A stretch of DNA of 64,000 bases. Origin: Enoplolaimus lenunculus. Lineage: Eukaryota. Each line of letters opens with the position of its first letter. Positions within the stretch are counted from its first letter, which is position 1. The position numbers were made by a program, and so were the translations under genes. Location: contig JASANG010001546.1 in assembly GCA_030248215.1 (NCBI GenBank), forward strand, positions 186,001-250,000, written 5' to 3'. This document shows positions 23,299 to 37,357 of the stretch, one piece after another. The notes beneath the pieces were generated by a model. It had not been told where the DNA came from and ran no database searches. It worked only from the letters and a program-made list of their open reading frames with translations.

Positions 23299-25662
23299 TA
23301 CCGGTATAAGTTTGCAATCTTTTTAGTGTCAGTTTATCAGATATATCGTGCATAACATAAAGCCTAAGCAATATTTTTAATCCAAATTCTAAACCTAAAC
23401 CATCTGTTTTATTTGTAGACATATTTGACATATTACAGGGTTCATATCTAACTTTTTCGAACACGAGATGTAATTTTACACAACAAATTTCCTGTCTATG
23501 CAAACTTCTATTAATTTACATATTGTGAATTTGTTGGACGGCTGCCAAAAATACGTATGTGGGGCGTTGGCAATAACAGCCATACTCATCTCTCGGCAGA
23601 ACCTCGAGCTTCGTGCCCAAAGGCAGTTAAAATGTATTAGTTAAAGTCCTTTGGACAGTTCCATGCTCTCGGCCTTTGGCCTCGAGCAGTTGGAACCGCC
23701 TTCAATGTCTTTAACTAACACTTTCAAACTGCTCTAGAGCCCTTGGTTGCGTACAAACGTTGCATATGACTTCCTCGGGCAATATAACAATTATCGCCTT
23801 GCATCCAGGGCTATATAACGCATATATACGTATGTATCAGACTTCAACCGAAATTCCTGCAAAAATTCAATTCCTGCTCCTGTTTCTGTTTCTGCATTCA
23901 TAGATGCAGGAACCGGAATTTTTACGATTTTGTGGCAAATTATTCATAATCATTTAAATACTGTAATCTTTGTCTTTAAAAATTTGTTAATTCGAAATGA
24001 GTGTTTTTGCATAGTTTAATTCTGTTAAACAAACTAGCTATAATGTGCTTTCGCAAAATTTGATAATGAAATAGCTGAAAATTCACTTCAGCAATTTTTT
24101 TGGCAAATTTTCTCAAAAACTTCAATTGCGATTCTCGTTCATGAAAATTTTTCCACATTCCGGTTCTTGTTCCTGTTCCGGTTCCTTCAAAGGCATTCAA
24201 TTCTTGTGCCTGTTCCGGTTCCGGCAAAATTTAGTTCCTCTTGAAACCCTGATATATACTTCATGCACCAGCTCAGATAGCTAACTCATTTCTAAACAAA
24301 AGTCTATTACCGGTTTGATCATTAATATTTGTCGCCTTAAAATACATCGAATTTCAGTGGTTTTTCACAATTCGTTTTAATTTCAACAAAAAATGTAAAT
24401 GAAAAAATATTAAAAAATATTGAAAAAATTGCCGTGATAATTCTATATCAAGAGCGCATATCCTTCCACGTTACTTGCGTTTTTTTGCTACTAAAGTTGA
24501 CTCAGTTCTACAGAGTACAAAGTCAGCCGTATATTGTGGGCCGCAACAAGTACACGGTGGAGGTGAGACGATTCACCCCTATTCGGCGTTTCCAACTACA
24601 GGGGGGGCTAGACGATTCACTCCCATTCAGCGTATGTACGTCAATACACCATTTCAAACACTTTTTTGCAGACAAGTAGCCAATGGGTAAAAGATAGTTC
24701 AGCCCCTCTGGAAATATTTTGGAGCCATTAGAAAAGTCTCAAACTCGTTCGTAAATCATCTCAAACCGTTGTATTTGACCATCCTGAAAAATTTCTAGCT
24801 TCCCTAGGAAGCCAAGCTGGCAATAGCTTTGCTTGTGTGGCAAAAAAAGCCTTCTTACCCCCTGTGCAAATTTATATTCTACGTTCTGTAGGAATAATTC
24901 TTGGTTGAAAATTGTGAGCGTATCACAGTCTACTCATATAACGGCAATGTCAATATTTACTATTTATTTTCACTATTATGAGAAATGTTATTTTTTACTC
25001 ACAAATATTCGAAAGTAACTTCAAAGATAACATTTTTTATAAAGAGGTTGAAGTAAAAGTTTCGTTGTTACAACAGTCGAATTGATTTTGAGGTTGCAAG
25101 GTTTTAAGTAACACAATACTTCTTGTATCCTGTTTGGTGTCGAAGCAGTGGCAAATACTGAAATTTCGGCCAATTTTAATTTTGGGGCCGTAACAGTAGA
25201 TTAAGCGTATTCCTAAGCGTAAGACTAAGCGTTGCAAAACTGTGTTCCTAAGCCTAAGCGTTGCAAAACTGTGTTCCTAAGCCTAAACCTAAACCAAAGC
25301 AAAAAAATGTAGTCTAAAATGTAAGCTTGCTGTTTTATAGACCCACCAGAAATCGGGACTGCCTTAAAAGTAACATGGGCCAAAATTTGTGCCAAGGCCG
25401 TTTGAGATACGGTGGCAAAAAGCACGCGAGTCACAAACTAAACAAGAAGCGAAACCCTAATTTTAGTCCTAAATGTTTATTTAAATTTTTTTTCGGAAAA
25501 TTCAGCAAAATTAATTGTACTTGGAAACTTTCCCACCAGATGTTTAACCTAAGTCAAAGCGACGATCTAAATATAAGCCTAATCCTAATCCTTAACCTGC
25601 CTGGGTTTAAGTGTATTAGGTTTGCAAAATTTTGCTGAACGAAAACTATGGAAACGTATACA

Positions 25663-26006
25663 TGTCTTAGCCCAAGCCCTAATTCAGTTCCAATACGAGT
25701 TAGGCTATCTCACGGCGCAATTCTTTCTCTGCTACAAGTGCACGCCTTACGATTGGTTATCTCAATTCCATACTCAAATACGATGAGCTGATGCGAATAC
25801 ACTTTTTGATTGGCTAAGTAATCGTTAAGTACCTGTTGGCTGTTAAACAGTTTGTTTTGCTAAGCTAATTTGCCGTTGTCAAGTAACCAATCAGAAAAAC
25901 GCACTGCTTTTCAGATATGATTCCGCCTTGGGCTAACCAAAGTCGTGATTCCGCTGTGGATTAGCCCAATTCGGAATTGGGCTGAATTACGACTTGGGCA
26001 ACGACA
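25663..26006. mobile_element. TGTCGTAG-ended MITE (possibly Ginger-like) rich in CCAAT motifs
   Basis: TIR TGTCGT.GCCCAAGTCGTAATTCAGC. Copy at 3708-~4035; relative at 32690-32985 (TGTCGTAGGC.AATCTGCTA). Confidence 0.75.
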
Positions 26007-26130
26007 TATATGTTTTAAAGAGTTCAAAATTATATTATTATAATTATTATTATTAATATTAAACGCAATTGAATGTCATTTCAACTCTCTTAATACAGCC
26101 TAAATTTCAATTGCCGTTGAAAATTTTGCA

Positions 26131-26583
26131 ATGAACTCGCGTTTACCGCTGCCCGACATTGAGCCTGACGACAAAGTGAGCCAATACCTCGAAGCTCACC
26201 ACTGTGAGCTGACCCCGACTCTAAACCATGCCGGGTCACTGCCAAATGGTTCCTGCTGTATCAACAATGCCCCTGGAACGATTTACCGAAAACATTCTAA
26301 ACCCACTCCTTGTTTAGACGAATGCTCGAGTGTTGCATCTTCTCGTGATGACACCACCAGTTCGAGCTTAGCTCACCGGCCCGCGGACCAAAGCGGCAAG
26401 TCAAAAGATAAAGTTTCAATTCCGACCCGGACCGGTCCTAAACCTGTGGGAACGCCGGCTACTGATCCTTTGATGTTTATCGCCGCACGGCCGTCGTCGC
26501 TGAAACAAACAGCCAAAGTTCAACTGGAAACTTGTGAACAGATCAAAAGCAAAATTCCGCCGCCCAAATTAATGCCATTAGAG
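26131..26583 (+). CDS. LMO7: LMO7/Smallish-like gene, probable first coding exon
   Basis: Acceptor at 26097-26098, in-frame TAA at 26101, ATG at 26131. Ser/Pro-rich ORF with GAG|GTTAGA donor in phase 0, matching the next exon. Confidence 0.7.
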
Positions 26584-27148
26584 GTTAGAAGGAGGGGTCG
26601 GAACATAAATCCTTGTGTGAGCTTTAGCCACATGGAAACGGCCAACGAATCAGATAGCAGTCTTGCGCTGAAAGATTTAATTTTTTTGATTTGTGTTCAA
26701 ATTGGGCTGTTCAGACCCGTAGCCAGCTCGCATTGCTAGGGGGGGGGCTGAAAATTTTCCAGGATGGTGTACTTTTCTCGTTTGATTTGTGCTACTTCCG
26801 TGCCCATTGTGTGATCCGATATTTGAAGAGTTGGTCAGTTTCGAAACCTACTGCCAACTGGATAGATAGGCGCTATACGCATTTGAGAATATGAGTCTTT
26901 GCATATGGCTTAAGCAGTTGAATTCATCGTCCTGGATAAAACTTTGGAATTAAATGGTTCAAGCGTTGCTAAGTTAGGATCTACCATACCATTACATCAG
27001 ATCTTTCTCTGGTTGAAAAGCAGTTGCGCGTAAGGTTCGAACACGCGACCTTAATATCTTGATGAACTCGAACGCTCTACCGCTACACTACACATGTGGT
27101 CTTCCACGCTGCAATCAACATCCAGTATAGGCATATTAATTGTTTCAG

Positions 27149-27379
27149 GACGATCTTAGTTGGCAGACAAACTTGGACAGCTGGCGTGCGAAACGTCGCA
27201 ACAATTCACACGCGTCTGCATTAGACTTGGCAGACGCCAAACCAATCAGAACAGACTCAAATCGCTTTGAAGATCAACGGATTGAATATGAAAATCAATA
27301 TGAAACTTCGATTCAAAATGCTAATAAGCTTGTTTCACACGGGAATGAACTCAACGGCACACGAGTTGTGTTTAGTTGA
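27149..27379 (+). CDS. LMO7: LMO7-like exon with DUF4757-type motif (3' boundary unresolved)
   Basis: TTTCAG acceptor, phase 0. DDLSWQTNLDSWRAKRR resembles the WQDDLAKWKxRRRS motif of LMO7/LIMCH1/Smallish. No strong donor before TGA at 27377-27379. Confidence 0.75.
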   Translation, partial: DDLSWQTNLDSWRAKRRNNSHASALDLADAKPIRTDSNRFEDQRIEYENQYETSIQNANKLVSHGNELNGTRVVFS

Positions 27380-30300
27380 ATCAAGAGTCAATGATGCATA
27401 CTTCAACAAGAGTATTCAACTGGGTGCTTTCTGTGTAGTATGAATGTAGCCGGCAGGCGTTGCGTTTTTGCCCAACCCCCCTTTCCCACCTCTAAACAGG
27501 AGGGGGGGTCGGCCATAAACACAACGCCCGGTGCTACATTTTGTACCATGCGGGACCCCAAGAGTTGCACACTCTTATCATAATCGACTCTTGGTTGAAT
27601 CACAAGTCGATGATCACACTTACAAAAGTTGGCAACTTAAATTATGTTGCGCAAAATGTACCATCGGGCGTTGTGTTTTTGGCCCACTTTCCCTTATTTG
27701 GGGGGGGGCAGTTGGTGTTTAAAACGTGCAATTCGCATCTTTTCTAAAAGTGCAAAGTAAATAAGTTTACAGTTGGAACATTTCAACGTGTAAAAATGAA
27801 AAAAAATGGTAAACATGACCCCCTCCCTAAATCGGGGGTAAGATACAATTGCAACGTGTGCTGGATACATTCTTTTGTAATCAGAATGTACCTAGTTGCG
27901 CACTCTTGTAAAAAGAGTATTAAACACTGTTTGTTGAAGTCATCTATCAGGGTCTAACCGTAGGTTAAACATATAGCAGCCGGAGTTTCATCCGGGCCCG
28001 CTGCCCAAAACGGGCCAGGGACCCGGTCAGCTCTTCCTCTCGAATACTACCCTTAGAACCATTTTAGCCCAGTTTGTAAGTCTTGTATAAATATACCGCA
28101 TGCCACTGATAAAAATTGTTTAAGTCCGCCAATCAAATTGAACTGGCCACATTGCCGCATGCAAACGTCTGATTGCATCCTGCCTCCTACTTAGGGCCCC
28201 GGTTAGCTCATAAGCTGAAACCTAAACCTAATCCTAAGCCAAAGCCTAAGTCTAAGCACAAGCCTAATCCCAAAAGTCTGTGAGGTTATGCGAAAATTTG
28301 AAATTTCTGAAAACGGCGATTTGAAGTGAACAAAAGCCAAAACTTGTTACTATGACATAATTTTAACATTTTTACTTCAAGTAATCTTTTGCATTTTGAT
28401 TTTGCAATAAAATTTTAACATTTTCAATGTATAGAACAGTACCGTAACAGTAGCATTGAGCATACTCCTAAGCCAAAGCCTAAGTGCAAGAACGATGTCA
28501 TTCCTAAGCCTAAGCCTAAACAAAAAAATGGTGTAAAGCTTAAGCGCAATCTATTCCAGTCCCGCAGAAAAACGTTCCGCCCTTGGTCTTATATTTGTTT
28601 AATACTGCTCAGTTGCATTATTTCGCGCGCACAGTTTACTCTAACGGTGACGTTATTCCTTTGATGACGTCAGGCGCCATTCGTCATCATCCGGCATACG
28701 GAAAATATAACGTCACCGTAATTGTGAAGAAATTAAATTGGTTTATACACCTTTAAGATACTAAGTAAGAATTTTTTCATTAATCTCTATCTTTTAGTGC
28801 CGGTTGTTAATTGTATATTTAGTGTTTTTCAAAGTTTATTGTATTAACCACAGTTCAGAGTATAAGTTTCACTTTCAACCCGGCCGCTAAAATATAGTTT
28901 CGTATTTTGTATTCATTTGTTTTCATAGCCAAATAGAAAAACTCAATAGCTTTTTGGATCGTGGGTATTCTCGTGGGTGAAGAATTTCAAAGCGCAGGTA
29001 CTTAAACATTTATGGTTCTGTACCCAAGGGTTCTAACCGGAACTAGATTTTGTCGGAAGCGAATTGGGAAATGGAATAAAATATTTTTGTCGGAACCGGA
29101 ACCGGAATTGGAATCAAGTTTTAGTAATTATATTAATATTTAAAAGTGTATGACTTAACTTTTGCTGCAGTATGCCTGAAGTTCAATCATCTGAAAAACT
29201 CACAACCGAAAAATCATAATTCCGGCATCGGAACAGCAGTCAGCCGGAATCAGAATCAGAAGTCAAACTTTGCCTAAATTTTAGCCCGAATCGGAGTTAC
29301 GATAGAACCCTGTGTAAGTACCCACTTGAAATTTAGGCAACAAACGACTAACATACTGCCGGCAGCAAATTGACTTCTGGCTCTGAGAGCATTTCGCTGG
29401 AGATTTCGGCAAATGCTTACGAAAACATAAGAGTGAGTAACGGTGGGTCGCGGAAAATGCAATTTTGTGATTGTATACCCGGGGGTAAAAAATAAAATTT
29501 CAGCGGTCAAGGTACAGGCTGGGCAAACAAATGTTTATCCACTTTTATCTTTGACGTAAATTTATTAAATGATTCTCTTAATAAAATACTTAAATACGCA
29601 CAAATTTCCATTCTACAATTCTGATCTGTTTTTTGTTGAAAAATTTAAAGATTTCCTATTTTGAGATATTTTTGACTTTTAACCTCAAAACGAATTTTAG
29701 GAATTAACGGACCCAGGTTAACTATCAGGTGTCTGGTTTCCTAAGCCAAGCCCTAAGATTTAAACTAAAGTGCCGGCGGATCCAGGGTTTTTGCGTTGGT
29801 AAAAGCCTACTTTTTGGGATTCGAATTTTACAGTTTTCAACGCTTGTTTAGAAGACATAAACCAGTTGCATTGAAATTATTGAGCACTGCAAACCTGATT
29901 CATGACTATATACATCTCTGTATCTTCCCCTGCATTCACTACTACAACGAACAACTAAATACCGGAACCGGATATCTAAAAAATACCGGAACGGGAGCCG
30001 GATTTATTACCGGAGCCACATAGTGAAAAATACCGGATTTCCCTATCGGAACTAGAGTTCCGGCTACACCCTGACTACGACTTAAGGCCAAGCGTAAGTC
30101 TAAACCTAAGAATAACTCGCACATTCTGTAAATATAAGGGCGTTGCTCACTGGGCGACCAAGATTCTCGAACCTAGAGACTCGAAACCTTAAGGTTAGGA
30201 TTTGGTTTATATATCTATTTTTACGCTGAACTTAGGTTTATTATTAAGCTTAGCTAGGGACCCCCTAAAATTAACAAGGGATTGTACTATTACTTTACTT

Positions 30301-33300
30301 TTAGCGCGGCTAAATCAAAGCTTTTAATAGATACGTTACTCAACAAAAACTATATTCATATTGCAAGTATCGGTCTTGGTCCGTATCCCCAGACGTGTTC
30401 AGCAACGATCACCAATTTGTGATAGTCCTTGTATGTAAAACTCGAACCAGCAAACGGCCCTGTACACAATCGGGTATTTGGACCCTTGTGCTTAAACCCA
30501 AGCCTAAGCCTGATCCTTAGACTACGCCAAAACATGAAGATTGACAAAACTGTGAGTGATGTTTACAGCAGTCAAAATATCATCAATAGTGGTCTTGCTT
30601 ATCAAACCAGTTTTTTCCTTACTGGTTAATCTGGTTAAAGGTCTTAAAATTTTGTAATTTCGTCTCGTTTTACCAAAAATTTAAGTACTTCACCACTCTG
30701 CTAAGACTACTTTACCACCGTCTGTATACTTTGGACATTTTTGAGGGTGGCACCAAGTCTGTTAACGTCTCAAACAGTAATTGCACTGCGAACTTTTCTA
30801 TCAATCCGCTCCCTGTCTGTTACTTTTGAAAATATTCACATCAACAAGAAAAAGTATCTCAAATCTTACAGCTACGAGTGCAATTATTTTGTTATCAGAA
30901 TACAAAAAAATAATGCAAATTATTGCAAATCTCACCTCATATAAACGCACATTTCGTTACAATAGTATAACCTTTTGCACTGCAATCACACAATTGCAGT
31001 ATATGGCGTCCAGCTGTTATAAGGAGTTGCTTAGTAAAACTTGCGAAAAAAAACAGAATTTTAGAGATTATGAAATATTATACTGAATAGTTTAAATCTA
31101 TAATATTTGGAAATATTTTTCATTGTTGGTTATTTTTCATATGTTTCTGTATTGTTTTTTTGATTTGTCACATTTTTCAGAATTCAATATTCACAGCTTT
31201 TCAAGATTCAAGTTATACTGGTCAACGTGATTGCAACTTTGGGTCCATGTAAAGATCAGGAGCGGAACGTTTTTCTGTGGGACTAGAAAAAAACTAAGCT
31301 TAAGCTTTAGACTATTTTTTGCTTGGCTTAGGCTTAAGCTTATGTTTAGGCTTATGCTTAAGCTTATGTTTAGGCTTAGGCTTAAGCTTATGTTTAGGCT
31401 TAGGCTTAGGCTTATGAATATGCTTCTAAATTTATTGCCATACTTTTATGCTTATCTGAAAACTGTGGTGTACTTTTTGTTTACATTTCGGTTCACTTTT
31501 CAATTGTTTCTTTGAGATACATCGTGTACACTGTATTTTCAAAGATTGTGTTCTAATCGCATATATTGTCTCTTGTTTATACATGAACGTATCATTACAA
31601 CAGCTGGAACGCTGTCCAAAATACGTATATGGGGAGTTTCAGCTTTAATAATATGGATGTGGCTCATGATTATACATACGGGCGTGTCACTGGAAGACAG
31701 CAAGGACTGGAGGACTTGGAGACTGGGAGACGTCAGCTTAGGGTAACTTTGATTAGACAGGCCTGCAAGCATGTGAGACATGCTTGTCCTAGTGCATATG
31801 CAATATATGCAATGCACATTGTGTAGTATACTTGCCGGCAGCATACGGGAGACATATAGTCGACGTTTAGTTGCAGTTGGAATGGCGGGGCTGCTTTGCG
31901 CAGGGTAGAGTATTCGCTTAAGGATCCGTAGGCTGAGATATTCATAGCTGGATTTTGATAGGTTACTAGTTTTAATTGACCTTTTTTATAAAATTTAAGA
32001 AATTGTAACCAACCACAACTTGGCCAATGTAAAAAAACAGGACTGTAACAGTAGTATAAGCATATTCCTAAGCCTAAGTCTAAGCACATGAATAATATCA
32101 AATCTAATGCTCTGTAGTGCATCAGCGCTGTTTGGCTCAAAACGGTAAAGATACTTGACTATTATGAATTTGAAAAACCGAAACAAATTCCACAAACTAT
32201 TAATAAAAATGGAGTTTGGCCTGAAAAAATAGAAATTAATAGACCAATGAGAATATTCTATTCTACGCATTAATATTTTCATTTTTGTATTCTTCTCCGA
32301 CTATTTCCTAAGCTTCATTCTGATCATGAAATTGTGACGATTGCAGTGCAATTTTGCATGATTTTCAGATTAATTTGTTTGTAAACAGATGTCTAAGGAA
32401 TTGTTTTGTTTTAGTTTTATTGTTTTCTTTTTTTGTTATTTTACTCCATTGTCATCATTTGATTGACAATTAGAATACGGACAACGTGTGTTTCACTAAG
32501 ATTAATTCACTTTTATATTTCCATCGAAATGAAAAATCAGTTGTAAACAACACTAAGTTTTTTTGCGTATATTTTTCCACTTTTGATAGCAATAATTAGG
32601 TACTATAGCCTAGGGCACCGGTAGGTACATGTAAACAGTGAAGTCGCACCCCAGCTGAAATTTAAGCAAGTCTTAAATTTTTTGACACATGTCGTAGGCT
32701 AATCTGCTATTCAGGCCCATTACTAATTGTCCTGAGCCAATCTGCTATTTTATCTGATAACAGTTTGGCCTAGGCTAAACTGTTATTGCACATATAGACC
32801 AATCAGATTTTATTAGTGGGACAGATGCAATAACGTTAACCAATCAGTGTTAGTTTTACATCGCTATTGTTTTTACTACATCTCATAATCGCTTTTTAGC
32901 CTAGGCCAAACTGATATTTGCTCAAAATTGCAGATTGGCCTAGGCCAATTGGTAATTGGCCTGACTAGCAGATTGGCCTACGACACATACACATACGAAT
33001 ACAGAGCAAAAATGTGATTGGAAATTAAAAATTTTCAACTGCAGCAGATTAGTTAACATTTTCTATACGTGATTCAATCTCCTATACCCAACTCAATATT
33101 CTGGCATCGCATACAGGTATATATAAGCTGGAACGCCCCACATACGTATTTTGGGCAACTTTTCACCTTTTCTTTTTAAAAAAAAACCCCAAAAAAATGA
33201 TTCTGGCATACTTGTATTTTATATAGAAATTAAAAATCCATATAGTGTCCCGTTTTATTCCACTGTCAAATTTAGTTAACTTGAACAGTTCTGGGCCGAA

Positions 33301-36300
33301 ACAGATGGCTGATAATAAATTGTACACTAAGAAATTCATAAACAATGAATATAACGTCGCTTGAATTTAATTGTTACAAAAATGTCACACAGGCATTTCA
33401 ATTTACAAGACTTCACAACCTGCAATGCAATACAGTGGTTCGACATAGGCCAATATTACTTTTAGGGACGGGAATAAGGCTTTTCTTGAAATTTAATGAC
33501 TTAAAATGCTTTTATATCTGACAGTTTCTATTTAGTGCTTAAAAATACAAAATTAATACTGTCACCATCGTCAACGACTGCGCAATATCAAACAAATTTG
33601 ATGCTTGAATTAGTTCAATTTTTTAAAATCAAATCAGAATCTGTGAATTAAGTCAAGAAGTGCTCAGTACCCAATGGTGGATCCATGGGGGGCCACCCCG
33701 GCCGTGGCCCCCCAACAGCATCTCAACAAAAATTATATAGCAATTTTGTGACAATAGTTCGTGGTTTGTGTATGGGTCAAAAGTAACTTTAGTACCTGTG
33801 AAATTTTGCCCCCCCCCATTTTGAGATCCTGGATCCACCACTGTACAGTACCGCAAATTCCGATTGGCCAATCAAATTACAGGTGTAAGAAATTCAAGGG
33901 ATTAGCAACTGCGTTCACAGGTGCGAATTAAATTCAATAGCATAAATTCCAGTGAATAATTTGCAGCTGCAAAAACTTCAAACCAACTTTATGACCAAAC
34001 TTGCACATGCAAGTGGCACATGCAATTAAAATACAGGTGCAAGAAAATCAAGCAATTAGCAACTGTGTTTATGCAAACTTAACCCCCATCGACAATCAGT
34101 AACTGAAAACACATTGGAGACACGGAGTAGAACCACGTTGTAAATCAGGACGTACACCATTAATTACATGAAGATATTTCAACAATAAAAAATTTTCATT
34201 AAATTCCATTACATAGTAAACTAATTAAAGCCTTAAACCATAGCCTAATCGTAAACCTAAATATAAAGCTAATCCTACGCCTCCGGAGTCTCTAAGTTGT
34301 CCAGCCTCTTTAGCTCCCAGACGGTCGCAATTCTAGTGTTTTTGCAAATCCTTCAGCCTAAATTTTATTTCCACACTTCACAGCCTGCGTGTATGCAAAA
34401 TTTCTCAAATTTTAACAGCCGATTCTATTTTGATTTTTGTTTTGAAACATTTTACATTTTCATGATTTGAAACAACTCCTGAATATGAGACAGACGTTGT
34501 CTGAAACGTTAACATTGTAAACTTTTACAATCAAACGTCTGTTTAACGTGAAAATTGACAAAATTTTATTATTTGTTGCTTAAATTTAACAATTCCTTAT
34601 GTCACACTTAAATTTAGGAAATAGGAAATATTTTTATATTATGACATCATGAGCTACAGTTGGTACAATATTGATAGCCTGCGGACAGATGAAGTAGGCA
34701 TTAAACTTTATATATATAATATATTTATGTATATACATATATACATATTAAGTAAATAAATAAATAAATAAATAAATAAACATATATAAATAAAGCTTTA
34801 TAAATCAAAACATTGTAGTTGTCGCAGCTTAATTAAAATTTTTTTCCATGGGCTTCAGTTACACGATCCCTGGCTAGCTGGCGGTGTCTAATGTATGAAT
34901 ATTTTCAAATATTTTACCTTTGGACCCAGATCCAGGATGGCGATATTCCGCATACTGTAACAAAGTTAGCTTAAGCTTTAGACTAATTTTTGGCTTTGGT
35001 TTAGGTATACGTTCATCCTTACGCTGAGGATTACACTTACGAATATGCGTATAAAGCGCTGTTACGGCCGTGTTGTAAACATTGGTTCAATTTTATTTGT
35101 CAGATTCCCGCACAGTGACCCATTATGGCGAGGGTCAGCATTTTGCTTGAAGGGCTACGAGTAACAATTTTTCAACTGTTCTTTCGACTCTTCCAGTATA
35201 AATTTTTTAAGTACAACAAAATCGCCTAAACGTTTCAAAGTTTTGGGGGTTTTTTTAAAATCAAATCGCAAACATTTCAGGCATCAGTTTTCGTTTTGAA
35301 ACTGTAACAAATTTTTACCATTTTGCAATATATTTGTCTTAAAATTTTAAAACATCAGAAAAACTTTGGGTTAACAAAACCTTTGATTTTAAGACTTTAA
35401 TTTTAGTGCAGCAATTGACCGTGAAACATTAGTTTTAATTTTGAGTCACAAACGATTTTTGACTTTTCGAATTTTAAATTTCGGTCAGAAATAATCCTAA
35501 AATTTCTGTCTTGCCGTGAGTATTTGATGGCAGTTTAAAGGGATACTCGGAGTGTTCGTCATAGGTTCACCATTTTGCCGGTCTCTGAAATCCAACCGTG
35601 ATCCACAGATGCGCGATCATATCAATTTTAATCGGGGCTGAAAAGTTTCAGCTTGGTCCATTGTACAACTTGGTTCACTTAACCCTTTCTCACATGAATA
35701 TTTTCTATTTCTCCTGAGACCTACTTTTATGCTAGGATTCGAACTCCAGTGACTGGAGTGGGAGGCGTGTACCATCACCACTCAGCTATAGGAGATTGAC
35801 GCTCGAGCCCGAGGGGGCTTTCACGTCTTGTGGTGATTTAGTACTATGTATACGTGTTGCAATTGTTAAACACGGTGCGATATATACTATTTACCGTATA
35901 TACACGGCGTTGAGTTGCCTATAGGCAACTCAATGTGAGAAGGGGTTAAAGTAACCAGATTGGTTTGATCAAGAATGCATAATACAAGAGTGTGCAACTC
36001 TTGGGGTTCTGCATGCTACAAATTACCACCGGGTGTTGCATTTTTGTCCGACCCCCCCCTTGTTCAGAGAGGGTTGCAATCACATGAATACCAGTTTGAG
36101 GCCGCGTAAATAAGTGTCATGGGTCGCACCGGATGTACCCCCTCTTAATAAAAGGGGGGGTCGGCCAAAACTGCAACGCGTGCCGGGTACATTCTTTCAT
36201 ACACAGAATGTACCCAGTTGCATACTCTTGTTGAAGTTTGCATCATCTACTCTTGGTTTGATTAATACCCTTAGGGTGGAAGTTTTAATTGATCAATATT

Positions 36301-37166
36301 ACCGCAGTTGTCTTAATAGCGTATTTAATGCCACAGATGATTCGTACTAGAAAATGTGTACTTTTCGACTGTTTCCTCAAGGATCAGCTTAAATAATGGT
36401 CCTTGTTATTTTTACCCGCCGGGTACCCGTGGACAGCTATCCCTGAACCACGACCCGTCACGACCCGTGTGACCCACGAATCTAACATTTGACGTACGAT
36501 CTGTTCAATTGATCAAAATTTTTTAAATTCATGACGACCAAATAACCAATCAAAATCCATCAAAAATAATTCTTAGATTGTATTCCACGACCAATGATCC
36601 GATTGGCCCATTTCCGCCCCTAATTTACGCTTTATACAATGATTACTGAAGAATACTGATTGGTTCTGAATTATAAATGGGAAAATCTATAAACCAGTAA
36701 TATGTAACTTAATTTTTTTTGGTACATTTTGCTAATTTAGTATATTTTTAGTTTTTGCAATACGTAGAAATTTTTTATCTGTAAAAATACTTTATTTAAA
36801 AAACAACTTTAAATTTTGACGAAATACCGGAGCATCTGCTCACCAACGCCCGCCGCATTTGGACAATTCGTAACAGGGAATATGACGCAAATTGCATCAG
36901 GCAATGATTATTAAAACTTTGTCCCATGTAAACATCAGGGGCGGAATGTTTTTCTGCGGGTCTGCAATAGAGTACGTTTAAGTTTTAGACTACTTTTTTG
37001 TTTAGATTTAGGCTTAGACTTAGGAATATGCTTATAGTCGTTTTATTCATTGGTTACAATTTTGAAAAACAGTTGCAAACAATTATTTTTTACCCGTTTA
37101 AAACCGAATCAGAAACTTTGGTCACAAGTGGTCTCACTCTTGTAATTTCGACGTGCTTGAAAAATC

Positions 37167-37357
37167 GGCCTATGTTACTTTAAGGAGCGTCCAGGTTTGT
37201 GGGGGTCTATAAAAGAGTACGTTTAGATCCTAAATTACGCTTTTTTGCTTAGGCTTAGGCTAAGACTTAGGAACACTTTTTTGCAACGCTTAGGCTTAGG
37301 CTTAGACTTATGAATACGCTTAATCTTCAGTTACACCCTTAAAAGTAAACAGTGGCC
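37167..37357. mobile_element. GG-terminated MITE with internal (TTAGGC)n, subfamily B
   Basis: TIR GGCC.ATGTTACTTT; perfect 8-bp TSD GAAAAATC. Other copies at 11687-11864, ~21133-21310, 21630-21821, 25168-25381, ~38935-39090. Confidence 0.85.

Noticed and set aside
27028..27095. Possible tRNA genes (also 22795-22862 and 35730-35792)
   Set aside because: A/B-box-like motifs only; acceptor and anticodon stems do not pair. Treated as SINE-like relics.
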